Source of the DNA: Mustelus asterias
Taxonomy: Eukaryota
Length of the DNA: 64,000 nt
Direction: 5' to 3'
Assembly (NCBI RefSeq): GCF_964213995.1
Contig: NC_135808.1
Coordinates: forward strand, 12,710,001-12,774,000
Numbering within the stretch: the stretch's first letter is position 1; every line of letters begins with the position of its first letter. Shown here piece by piece: positions 13,127 through 25,026 of this stretch. The notes beneath the pieces are model-generated. The model made no database searches and was not told where the DNA came from. It saw only the letters and a list, made by a program, of their open reading frames with translations. A program made the position numbers and the translations under genes.

Positions 13127-14123
13127 ATAGAACATAGAACATGAGAACATAGAACATTACAGCGCAGTACAGGCCCTTCGACCCTCGATGTTGCACCGAC
13201 CTGTGAAACCAATCTAAAGCCCATCTAACCTACATAATTCCAATATCATCCATATGTTTATCCAATGACCATTTAAATGCCCTTAATGTTGACGAGTCCA
13301 CTACTGCTGCAGGCAGGGCATTCCACGCCCTTACTACCGGCAGGGTATTCCACGCCCTTACTACTCTCTGAATAAAGAACCTACCTCTGACATCTGTCCT
13401 ATATCTATCACCCCTCAATTTAAAGCTATGTCCCCTCGTGCTAGCCATCACCATCCGAGGAAAAAGGCTCTCACTGTCCACCCTATCTAATCCTCTGATC
13501 ATCTTATATGCCTCTATTAAGTCACCTCTTAACCTTCTTCTCTCTAACGAAAACAGCCTCAAGTCCCTCAGCCTTTCCTCATATGACCTTCCCACCATAC
13601 CAGGCAACATCCTGGTAAATCTGCTCTGCACCCTTTCCAATGCTTCCACATCCTTCCTGTAATGCAGCGACCAGAACTGTACGCAATACTCCAAGTGCGG
13701 CCGCACCAGAGTTTTGTACAGCTGCAACATGACCTCATGGCTCCGAAACTCAATCCCCTTACCAATAAAAGCCAACACACTGTACGCCTTCTTAACAACT
13801 CTCTCAACCTGGATGCCAACTTTCAGGGATCCATGCACATGGACACCGAGATCTCTCTGCTCATCCACACTACCAAGTATCTTACCATTAGCCCAGTACT
13901 CTGTATTCCTGTTACTCCTTCCAAAGTGAATCACCTCACACTTTTCCACATTAAACTCCATTTGCCACCTCTCAGCCCGGCTCTGCAGCTTATCTATGTC
14001 CCTCTGTAACCTGCAACATCCTTCCGCACTGCTCACAACTCCACCGACTTTAGTGTCATCAGCAAATTTACTCACCCATCCTTCTACGCCTTCATCCAGG
14101 TCATTTATAAAAATGACAAACAG
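13127..14123 (-). mobile_element. CR1/HER1 LINE, 3' part (host element split by a nested CR1)
   Basis: KFADDTK, LVRPHLEYCVQFW; (ttctatg)n tail at 13127-13155. Confidence 0.95.
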
Positions 14124-14742
14124 GATTGTTCCACTGGAGCAAGCTGAGAGAGAGTGATTGGAGGCAGCAGTGCTGGTGAGAGATTAATTGAATTGTTTAT
14201 TTATTTAATTAGTCAGCTAGTGTGTGTTTTGTTTTTGGCCTTTACTTTTGCAGTAGAATTTTAAGTTTAAAGTGAAAACTGGAAGTGGGCTGCTAAGGAG
14301 TCTGGGAAGGGTTTTTATTTTAACTTTAAAAGTCAGTTACCTGGGAGGTTCCCCCTCATTGTTCCACTGGAGCAAGCTGAGAGGGAGTGATTGGAGGCAG
14401 CAGTGCTGGTGAGAGATTAATTGAATTGTTTATTTATTTAATTAGTCAGCTAGTGTGTGTTTTTCTTTGGCCTTTACTTTTGCAGTAGAATTTTAAGTTT
14501 AAAGTGAAAACTGGAAGTGGGCTGCTAAGGAGTCTGGGAAGGGTTTTTTAAGCGCGTGAAGTATAAAAGGTAGGCTGCAGTATACAGCGGGCAGCGTCGG
14601 GAGCGGGCAGTGTAGTGAGTGGGAAGCAGAGTGTGAGCTATAAGGCTTTGGCTCACAGGGCTTAGGCAGAAAGGGCAAGCAGAGGTGAGTTTAAATTCAT
14701 TTCTGCACTTTCTACCTGGTACTGGCAAGGTATCTAGAGGGG

Positions 14743-15669
14743 ATGGGTGTGCAGGCAGTGCTATGTTCCTCTTGCACTATGTTTGAGGTGAGGGACGACG
14801 ACAGTGTCCCTGCTGATTACTCCTGTGGGAAGTGCACCCATCTGCAGCTCCTCCAAAGCCGTGTTAGGGAACTGGAGCTGGAGTTGGATGAACTTAGGAT
14901 CATTAGGGACGCAGAGGTGGCCATAGACAGAAGCTTTAGGAATACAGTTACTCCGAGGAATGAAAACAGATGGGTGACGGTGAGAGGGGCTGGGAGGAAG
15001 CAGTCCGTGCAGGGATCCCCGGTGGTTGTTCCCCTTAGCAACAAGTATTCCGCTTTGGATACTGTTGAGGGGGATGACATACCAGTGGTGAGCCGCAGTG
15101 AGAGGATCTCCAGCACTGTGTCCGTCTCTGTGGCTCGGGAGGGTAAGGGGCAGAGCAGGAGGGCAATAGTTATTGGGGACGCGTTAGTTAGAGGGATAGA
15201 TAGGAGGTTCTGTGGCAGCAAAAGAGACTTGAGGATGGTATGTTGCCTCCCGGATGCCAAGGTCCGTGACGTCTCAGACCATGTTTTCCGGATTCTGAAG
15301 GGGGAGGGGAAACAGTCACAAGTCGTGGTACACATTGGTACCAATGACATAGGTAAGCGAAGGGACGGGGATTTAAAGCAGGAATTTCTGGAGCTGGGCT
15401 GGAAGCTGAGAGCCAAGACAAAACATGTGGTCATCTCTGGTACGTTGCCGGTGCCACGTGATAGCGAGTTGAGGAACAGGGAGAGAGTGCAGTTAAACAT
15501 GTGGTTGCAGGGATGGTGTAGGAGGGAGGGTTTCAGATACGTGGATAATTGGAACACATTCTGGGGAAGGTGGGACCTGTACAAACAGGACGGGGTGCAC
15601 CTGAACCAGAGGGGCACCAATATCCTGGGAGGGAAATTTGTTACGGCTCTTCAGGGGGGTTTAAACTAA
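14743..15669 (+). CDS. CR1 ORF1p: CxxC zinc finger, coiled coil, SGNH esterase-like domain
   Basis: CSSC..CGKC, LQSRVRELELELDEL, IGDALVRG, HIGTND, DGVHLN; intact 308 aa. Confidence 0.92.
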   Translation: MGVQAVLCSSCTMFEVRDDDSVPADYSCGKCTHLQLLQSRVRELELELDELRIIRDAEVAIDRSFRNTVTPRNENRWVTVRGAGRKQSVQGSPVVVPLSNKYSALDTVEGDDIPVVSRSERISSTVSVSVAREGKGQSRRAIVIGDALVRGIDRRFCGSKRDLRMVCCLPDAKVRDVSDHVFRILKGEGKQSQVVVHIGTNDIGKRRDGDLKQEFLELGWKLRAKTKHVVISGTLPVPRDSELRNRERVQLNMWLQGWCRREGFRYVDNWNTFWGRWDLYKQDGVHLNQRGTNILGGKFVTALQGGLN

Positions 15670-18548
15670 TTTGTCAGGGGAGTGGGAAAAGGAGTTGTAG
15701 TCCAGAAGTCAGTGAGGGCGGTGAGGTATTGGGGAAGGTATCAAGGTCAAGGGTGGGTACCGGTAGACAGGAAGGTGGGTTGAAGTGTGTCTACTTCAAT
15801 GCAAGGAGCATCCGGAACAAGGTAAATGAACTTGGGGCATGGATTGGTACTTGGGACTACGATGTTGTGGCCGTTACGGAGACGTGGGTAGAACAAGGAC
15901 AGGAATGGTTGTTGGACGTTCCGGGGTATAGACGTTTCACTAAGTGTAGGGAAGCTGGTAAAAGAGGTGGGAGTGGCATTGTTAATCAAGGATAGTTTAA
16001 CGGCTGCGACAGGGATCTGCACACTGAGGTAATATGGGCTGAGGTTAGAAATAGGAAAAGGGCGGTCACGTTGTTAGGAGTTTACTATAGGCCCCCAAAT
16101 AGTCATAGAGATGTGGAGGAAGAAATTGCTAAGCAGATTATGGATATGTGTGGGGGTCACAGGGTAGTTGTCATGGGGGACTTTAACTTTCCAAATATTG
16201 ATTGGAATCTTTGTAGGTCAAATAGTTCGGATGGGGCAGTTTTTGTGCAGTGTGTGCAGGAGGGTTTCCTGACACAATATGTGGATAGGCCGACAAGAGG
16301 TGAGGCCACATTGGATTTGGTACTGGGAAATGAACCGGGCCAAGTGTTAGATTTGGTTGTGGGAGGGCACTTTGGAGATAGTGACCACAATTCGGTGTCT
16401 TTTGTTATTGCAATGGAGAGGGATAGGGCCGTACGGTAGGGCAAGGTTTACAATTGGGGGAGAGGTAATTATGATGCGATTAGGAAAGAATTAGGGGGCA
16501 TAAGTTGGGAACAGAAACTGTCAGAGAAAGGAACTAATGAAAAGTGGAACTTTTTCAAGGAACAAATACTGGATGTCCTTGATAGGTATGTCCCTGTCAG
16601 GCAGGGAGGAAATGGCCGAGTGAGGGAACCATGGTTCACGAAAGAGGTGGAATGTCTTGTGAAAAGGAAGAGGGAAGCTTATGTAGGGATGAGGAAACAA
16701 GGTTCAGATGGCTCGATTGAGGGTTACAAGTTAGCAAGGAATGAGCTGAAAAAGGGGCTTAGGAGAGCTAGGAGGGGACACGAGAAGTCCTTGGCGGGTC
16801 GGATCAAGGAAAACCCCAAGGCTTTTTACTCTTATGTGAGGAATAAAAGAATGACCAGGGTGAGGTTAGGGCCGGTCAAGGACAGTAGTGGGAACTTGTG
16901 TATGGAGTCAGTAGGGATAGGCGAGGGGATGAATGAATACTTTTCTTCAGTGTTCACCAAGGAGAGGGGCCATGTTTTTGAGGAAGAGAAGGTGTTACAG
17001 GCTAATAGGTTAGAGGAAATAGATGTTCGGAGGGAGGATGTCCTGGCAGTTTTGAATAAACTGAAGGTCAATAAGTCCCCTGGGCCTGATGAAATGTATC
17101 CTAGGATTCTTTGGGAGGCAAGGGATGAGATTGCAGAGCCTTTGGCTTTGATCTTTGGGTCCTCGCTGTCCACTGGGATGGTGCCAGAAGACTGGAGAAT
17201 GGCGAATGTTGTTCCTCTGTTTAAGAAAGGGAATAGAAATGACCCTGGTAATTATAGACCGGTTAGTCTTACTTCGGTGGTTGGTAAATTGATGGAAAAG
17301 GTCCTTAGAGATGGGATTTACGACCATTTAGAAAGATGCGGATTAATCCGGGATAGTCAGCACGGATTCGTGAAGGGCAAGTCGTGCCTCACAAATCTGA
17401 TTGAATTTTTTGAGGAGGTTACTAAGTGTGTTGATGAAGGTAGGGCAGTTGATGTCATATACATGGATTTTAGTAAGGCATTTGATAAGGTCCCCCATGG
17501 TCAGCTTATGATGAAAGTGAGGGGGTGTGGGATAGAGGGAAAGTTGGCCGATTGGATAGGTAACTGGCTGTCTAATCGAAGATAGAGGGTGGTGGTGGAT
17601 GGAAAATTTTCGGATTGGAGGCTGGTTGCTAGCGGAGTGCCACAGGGATCGGTGCTTGGTCCTCTGCTCTTTGTGATTTTTATTAATGACTTAGAGGAGG
17701 GGGCTGAAGGGTGGATCAGTAAATTTGCTGATGACACCAAGATTGGTGGAGTAGTGGATGAGGTGGAGGGCTGTTGTAGGCTGCAAAGAGACATAGATAG
17801 GATGCAAAGCTGGGCTGAAAAATGGCAAATGGAGTTTAACCCTGATAAATGTGAGGTGATTCATTTTGGTAGGACTAATTTAAATGTGGATTACAAGATC
17901 AAAGGAGGGGTTCTGAAGACTGTGGAGGAACAGAGAGATCTTGGGGTTCATATCCACAGATCTCTAAAGGTTGCCACTCAAGTGGATAGAGCTGTGAAGA
18001 AGGCCCATAGTGTGTTAGCTTTTATTAACAGGGGGTTGGAGTTTAAGAGCCGTGGGGTTATGCTGCAACTGTACAGGACCTTGGTGAGACCACATTTGGA
18101 ATATTGTGTGCAGTTCTGGTCACCTCACTATAAGAAGGATGTGGAAGCGCTGGAAAGAGTGCAGAGGAGATTTACCAGGATGCTGCCTAGTTTGGAGGGT
18201 AGGTCTTATGAGGAAAGGTTGAGGGAGCTCGGGCTGTTCTCTCTGGAGCGGAGGAGGCTGAGGGGAGACTTAATAGAGGTTTATAAAATGATGAAGGGGA
18301 TAGATAGAGTGAACGTTCAAAGACTATTTCATCGGGTGGATGGAGCTATTACAAGGGGGCATAACTATAGGGTTCGTGGTGGGAGATACAGGAAGGATAT
18401 CAGAGGTAGGTTCTTTATGCAGAGAGTGGTTGGGATGTGGAATGGACTGCCTGCAGTGATAGTGGAGTCAGACACTTTAGGAACATTTAATCGGTTATTG
18501 GATAGGCACATGGAGCACACCAGGATGATAGGGAGTGGGATAGCTTGA
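15670..18548 (+). pseudogene. CR1 ORF2 (APE endonuclease and RT), with frameshift and stops
   Basis: [36 protein letters not shown] spread over several ORF pieces. Confidence 0.93.
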
Positions 18549-18630
18549 TCTTGGTTTCAGATAAAGCTCGGCACAACATCGTGGGCCGAAGGGCCTGTTC
18601 TGTGCTGTACTGTTCTATGTTCTATGTTCT

Positions 18631-19690
18631 AGCAGTGGCCCCAAAACAGATCCTTGCGGTACACCACTAGTAACTGAACTCCAGGATGAACATTTCCCAT
18701 CAACGAGCACCCTCTGTCTTCTTACAGCTAGCCAATTTCTGATCCAAACCGCTAAATCACCCTCAATCCCATGCCTCCACATCTTCTGCAATTGCTTACC
18801 ATGGGGAACCTTATCAAACGCTTTACTGAAATCCATATACACCACATCAACTGCTTTACCCTTATCCACCTCTTTGGTCACCTTCTCAAAGAACTCAATA
18901 AGGTTTGTGAGGCACAACCTACCCTTCACAAAACCGTGTTGACTATCCCTAATCAAATTATTCCTTTTTAGATGATTATAAATCCTATCCCTTATAATCC
19001 TTTCCAAAACTTTGCCCACAACAGAAGTAAGGCTCACTGATCTATAATTACCAGGGTTGTCCCTACTCCCCTTCTTGAACAAGGGGACAACATTTGCTAT
19101 CCTCCAGTCTTCTGACACTATTCCTGTAGACAACGATCACATCAAGATGAAAGCCAAAGACTCTGCAACCTCCTCCCGAGCCTCCCAGAGAATCCTAGGA
19201 TAAATCCCATCCGGCCCAGGGGATTTATCTATTTTCACACTTTCCAGGATTGCTAACACCTCCTCCTTATGAACCTCAATCCCGTCCAGTCTAATAGCCT
19301 GTATCTCAGGATTCTCCTCGACAATATTGTCTTTTTCCTGTGTGAATACTGACTAAAAATATTTCATTTAGCGTCTCTCCTATCTCTTCGGAATCCACGC
19401 ACAACTTCCCACTACTGTCCTTGACTGGCCCTAATCTTACCCTGGTCATTCTTTTATTCCTGCCATACCTATAGAAAGCTTTAGGGTTTTCCTTGATCCT
19501 ACCTGCCAAAGACTTCTCATGTCCCCTCCTGGCTCTTCTTAACTCTTTCTTTATGTCCTTCCTGGCTAACTTGTAACTCTCAAGCACCCTAACTGAGCCT
19601 TCACGTCTCATCTTTACATAAATCTCCTTCTTCCTCTTCACAAGAGATTCAACTTCTTTAGTAAACCACTTTCTCCCTGCCTGACAGCAC
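18631..19690 (-). mobile_element. CR1 LINE, upstream part of the host element
   Basis: DWRIANVVPLFKKG...[11 protein letters not shown], continuing into 14123. Confidence 0.93.
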
Positions 19691-19782
19691 TTCCCCATGC
19701 TCACAGTAATTACTTTCAAACTGCAAAATATCTGTCCTGGCTATAACAGAACTTGTCACTTGTATTTGATCACAATACTTAC

Positions 19783-19851
19783 AGTACATTAAAGTTCATC
19801 ATGCTCGTTTCACACTATGCACAGCTCTAGGTGTCTTTTTTTCCCATTTAT
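19783..19851 (-). CDS. Paralogous cytoplasmic exon 5B (YKWEKKTPRAVHSVKRA*, stop at 19801-19799)
   Basis: taacag| acceptor, |gtaagt donor; flanks homologous to those of 41240-41319. Confidence 0.6.
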
Positions 19852-20073
19852 CTGTTAATGGGAACATAAAATAAATTACATTGATGAACCAAAATGAACC
19901 AAATTAAAGTTTTCATTCAATAGAGAGTTAAAATGTCAGTCTGCAATTAACCGCCGCCCCCGACAACACATTTTCTCCATCAAAATGTTACCATTTTGTG
20001 TACCAAAGTTGAACAGCTCACATGCAACTCCTTCATCCATATTATTGACTCATTCTCAAACACTGTATGAGAG

Positions 20074-20389
20074 TGTGGTGAACCATCGTTGGTTCCCACT
20101 GGATAGTGCTGAGCCAGGGGTTGGCCAGTACTACAAGGATGTACATATGTTACTGTTGGGTTGTGCTATTGTTGCTGTTGGGGTTAGGGTGGGGTTGTTA
20201 CACCTTTGTACTGTAGTGTTGTGGCACATCCCAGTCGGGCTCCGCCTCCTGGGAGAGGTATAAGAGTCCCTGCTCTGGCCGGGACCCCTTCAGTCTGGGA
20301 TAGTGTATATAAGTTCTGGTAGCTTCGTTACAGTAAATAAAAGCCTTTCATTTACTGAGCTTCAAGCCTCGTGTTTGAATAGCGCATCA
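20074..20389 (+). mobile_element. Solo LTR, 316 bp
   Basis: TG...CA termini, TATA-like tataag, aataaa, 5-bp TSD gagag (20069-20073 and 20390-20394). Confidence 0.85.
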
Positions 20390-20879
20390 GAGAGGATGTG
20401 AGTTTGAGGGTAATTGAGGACTCCGAGACTGTGAGTGAGCCATAGGTGCATGCACACACGTGCGCAGGCTTGGATTGTTAGCTCACCAGTCTCGGGTGAA
20501 AGTGCCCACCGAGGTGGGATCTTCTCTGCTGGGGGCCAGAGTTATGAGCTGGAGTCGAGCTGGGATAAGTGTGGAGGCAGCTCCATTGGGAGTGTTTGTC
20601 GGGTTCCAAGACAGGCTATTTAAAAGGATGGCCTGGTGCCAGGGGAACTTTGTCAGAGTGGACATAAAAATAAGAGGTCCTGTAGCCTTCAGCCCTCACA
20701 CTCTCTCATCCTCCAAGCACTCCCATGCTCCATTAATGCCACCTCATGGTCCACAACATCCCGTCATGCTCCCATGCCCGGTTTTGCCCTTTCACTCATG
20801 ATCTACCCTCATTCCCACTAGGCCAGGTTCTGCCAACCCATCTAATCCCTTTGTCTCCTCATGCCCCCTATGTCAATAT

Positions 20880-22930
20880 CTAGCACCTCTATGCCCGTTG
20901 GTCCCAGGAAGCATACAGTGTGTCAGTGAACATCACAGTGTAAAATGACGTGTAAAAGAAAACTTGGAAAAAAATCAACTCCATTGTTAAATTTCTCCTT
21001 TTGAGAACACAAAGGTCCTTATCTATTTGTCTCATGCTGATTGCAAGCTCATCAGAAAACATGTTTTGAGGGATGTGGCCATCATCCAGTTGGCTCACAA
21101 GACACAGCTGATGGAAGCACCACTAACTTAGGGCAAACATGCCAGGGATTCCTGCTCCTGATGTCGTTCCATATTCAGCACTTTTGTCCTGTCAGAAAAT
21201 ACGGACATACCTAAGATACCTTGGTAGATTAGGTCAAAGACTGGGCATTTTTTAACAAGTGACACTCATCCTGACACCAGAACCCTTGTTACCTATAAGG
21301 AAATACTCCCCACTTGGCCAGATGGGTACAGCAATAGTTAAAATAGTGGCAGCTGAAACATTCACTCCCTCCACCATGTCCAACATTCATCTCACGCAGC
21401 GGAGGTGGAAGCTGTTCTGTCACTTTCCTTGGCTGGCATAAGTCACTACGGCGAGCTCAAGCCTACACATGGAGCTTTGCATTTTCTCAACGTTGACATG
21501 GTGCTGATTTTGGCATCAAGAGAAAGGCCATATCTGGACAATTTTCAACATAGCCAGGTAAATGCCACTGGAACAGCTTTACTCAGGGTGCAGCTAATTG
21601 TAGAGCACAAATTTTCACTACCACTACTAGAATCTTGTCAGGGCCCTTGCCTTCGACAGTATCCAGTGCTTTCACATGGAAAGAATCAGATAGGCTGCAG
21701 ATTACCATTTGTGAAGCTGGGCACCTCAGGAGTAGGCCAAGGTAGCTTATCTGCTCAGCACTCTGACTGAAGATGATAACCTCTGTCCATTTTCATTCAT
21801 CTAGCCAATTCCCTGATGCCCCATGCATGTTAGCCAAGCTGTGTAGTTGTTATCCACCGTTACGTTGAAGTCCCCTAGAAGTCCTTCGGTGCTGGGAATC
21901 CTGATAATCACAGTAAGAAGTCTCACAACACCAGGTTAAAGTCCAACAGGTTTATTTGGTAGCAAATACCATAAGCTTTCGGAGCGTGCTGCTCCTTCGT
22001 CAGATGGAGTGGTCTCTGTTCTCCAACAGTGCACAGACACAGAAATCAAGTTACAGAATACTAGTTAGAATGCAAATCTCTACAACCAGCCAGGTCTTAA
22101 AAGGTACAGATAATGTGGTTGGAGGGAACATTAAACACAGGTTAAAGAGATGTGTATTGTCTCCAGACAGAACAGCTGGTGAGATTATGCAAGACCAGGG
22201 GCAAGCTGTGGGGGTTACTGATAATGTGACATAAATCCAACATCCCGGTTTAGGCCGTCCTCATGTGTGCGGAACTTGGCTATCAGTTTCTGCTCAGCGA
22301 CTCTGCGCTGTCGTGTGTCGTGAAGGCCGCCTTGGAGAACGCTTACCTGAAGATCCAAGGCTGAATGCCCGTGACTGCTGAAGTGCTCCCCCACAGGAAG
22401 AGAACAGTCTTGCCTGGTGATTCTGATAATGGCAGCATCAAGTGTCTTACAGAATCGAGCTTTGACTTCTGGGTTGGATGTGGGCGTCAGGGCATCAGTA
22501 CACATGATTACCATTGTCAAATCCTCCAACATCTTGATCACATTAATCACCATTGATCACAAGTGGGTCAGCCATAAAAATATAGACATTCCTTGGTAGG
22601 TTAGGTCAGAGACTGGGCATTCATCAGCAAGTAATACACTTCCTGACTCACCAATACCTCTCTGTCATCTACAAGGTGTGAAAAACCCCCCACTTGCCCA
22701 GATAGGTGCAGCGATAGTTCAAACATACAAGACAATCCAAAGCTCTCCACTTGATTGGCAGCTTAAACATCCACTCCCTCCACCAACAGTGTACAGCGAC
22801 CCCAAAACGTACCATACACAAAATGCAATGCATTAACTCTCCAAATCTTCCAAACCCCCGACCACCGAGAAGAACTAGTGCAGCAGGCACATGGGAACAG
22901 TGCCACAATCTAATCCATCTCCAAGTCACA
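20880..22930. mobile_element. Old LINE fragments (RTE-like and CR1/L2-like) surrounding a Penelope insertion
   Basis: Degenerate peptides DGHIPQNMFSDEL and LTPTSNPEVKARFCKTLD resemble RTE ORF segments. Confidence 0.45.
21910..22425 (-). mobile_element. Penelope-like element, 3' fragment
   Basis: GIY-YIG C-terminus (VGEHFS..EQKLIAKFRTHEDGLNRD) and pLTR with hammerhead motif. Confidence 0.9.
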
Positions 22931-23526
22931 AATCATTTTAACTTGGTCATATTTTTGTGTGGGGACCTGTCAGTCAGAAGACGGCTTTGTCAGTCACTGT
23001 TGAAATACAAAGAAAGTTGCCAGGGTAAAATAAAATAGTGCGATTTTCTGACACCTCCCCTCTTCCCCTGGGGCATATTTTCTGGCTCTCCATTGGCCAC
23101 TCTCAGGATCTTCCGGTCCCGCCGATATCTATTTGTGTGTCTCACCCAACTCTGCCTCCTAATTCTTAACTTGTCCCTGTAGAATTGCCTGGCTGTCAAA
23201 AGGTGTTTTTTCACTCATTTAACACAATTCTCAGGACAGGTTCCAGAATGAAGAATTTTGACCAAAATTTCCCACTTTTGTGCTCCAGAAACAAACCGGG
23301 ACAACAGCATCACAAGATTCCACACCCAAAACTTGTTATGTTTTTACTCTGGAAAAAAAACATAGTTTTGCCTGGAAGCACAGAATATCCCAATATGCAC
23401 ACCCAATGGTCCCAAATAGTGAACAAAAGGGGAAAAAAATCCCATTAGTGAGAATTTCTTCAAACAGCAGTTTGTATCCATTAAACAAGTGTTGAAACAA
23501 CCCATAACACCGTGATCAATACTTAC

Positions 23527-23628
23527 ACATGATGCAAAGTACAACCAAGAGAACAAGTATCCCCAACATGGTAACAGTTACACTTGTTTGTGCATTGGCT
23601 GCAGGCTCTGATGACTCACAATCTTTAT
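23527..23628 (-). CDS. Paralogous stalk/TM exon 4B (KDCESSEPAANAQTSVTVTMLGILVLLVVLCIM)
   Basis: ttgcag| acceptor, T|gtaagt donor, 102 nt phase 1-1, open; clear homology to 42421-42513 including the flanking intron. Confidence 0.75.
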
Positions 23629-24815
23629 CTGCAATCAATATAATCACATAAATTCATAAACTTAAGTTTTAGACAGCGTATTGGTTGAAAGACTCAGTAT
23701 AGTCTTTCTTTTATTTGTTCATGGGATGTAGGCATTGCTGGCTGAGCCCATCCCATCCCTGAGGGCAGTTAAGAGTGGACCACATCACTGTGGGTCTGGA
23801 ATCACCTATAGGCCAGATCAGGTAAGGACAACAGATTTCCTTCCCTAAAGAACATTCATGAACCAGATAGGGTTTTAATGACAATCAATACAGGTTTATG
23901 GTCATCATGAGACTTTTAATTCCAGATTTTTAAAAGTGAATTCAAATTTCACCATCTGCCGTGGTGGTGTTCGAATCTGGGTCCCCAGAACCTCACCCTA
24001 GGTCTCTGGATTACTAGTCCAGTGACAATACCACTACATCACTGCCTCCTCTAAGACAACTACTTAATATTTATTTCTCTTTGGAGAAAATTTTATAGTC
24101 CTGTCATGGTGGGAAGGGGCAGTTCAAAGTCCACTGATTTTTGCAGGGACTGGAAAATCCTGCTGCTGGGAGGGGCTGTAAAATTCACCCTTTTGATTCT
24201 TACAACACATTATAGATTGGAAAAATAACAAGAACTCTCGTTAAAGGCATCTTGTTTATGTCAGAACCACTAAAGATCCTTAAATTCCCATCTTTTGCTG
24301 CTTGTGCCATCTCCAAGAAATTTGAGGCCTAAATCTTCCTGTCCCACCTGCCACAGGAATTGTCACAGGCAGGAAGGATAATTTGACAGACTGGCGAAAG
24401 GTCCATTGACCTCAAAATTTCCAGTCCCTGGGCGGGTGGGACCAAAAAAGGCCGCCCAAAGAGTCTGTGGTCTAAAATGAAATCTTAGCAGCAGAATGTA
24501 TGTAATCCTCATAAAACCATCCCGACTTAAACCTAAACTGCCATTCCTTCATTGTCGATGGGTCAAAATCTTGGAATTACCTTCCTAACAGCACTGTTGA
24601 TATTCATGCAACATGTGGACTGCAGCAGTTCAAGAAGGCCCCACACCACCACCTTTGTAAGGGATATTAAGGATGGGCCGTAAACGTTGGCCTAGCCAAC
24701 GACGCCCACATCCCATTAATGGATATTAATTAAAAATGAAGCAACACCATGAGAGATCTATTTTAATGAATACATTTTGACTTTTGGTGACAGCGACGTA
24801 AGGCAGAATTTTCCA

Positions 24816-24948
24816 GGGAGAATTTTCCGGCCATTCACGCTGGCGGCATTTTCTGGTCCCACTGCAGCGAACAGAAATTTGGTCGAGCACTAAATTCTCA
24901 TCCTCGCTTGCAGCGGCAGTGGGCATGAATGGCTGAAAACCTCTGGCC
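24816..24948. mobile_element. MITE-like palindromic element
   Basis: Imperfect terminal inverted repeats (ttttccggccattcacgc / gcatgaatggctgaaaa); absent from the paralogous intron near 42.8 kb. Confidence 0.45.
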
Positions 24949-25026
24949 ATAATTTCTGAACTACAGCTGCCAATATAACCAAATTAATAGCTTACAAAGT
25001 ACAATTGCAGCAAAACACCCCTATCC

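Larger units (their letters stand above)
14124..18630 (+). mobile_element. Near full-length CR1 LINE (5'UTR with a 233-bp tandem unit, ORF1, disrupted ORF2, ttctatg tail)
   Basis: ORF1 and EN/RT motifs; nested within the minus-strand CR1, whose sequence resumes at about 18631. Confidence 0.97.
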
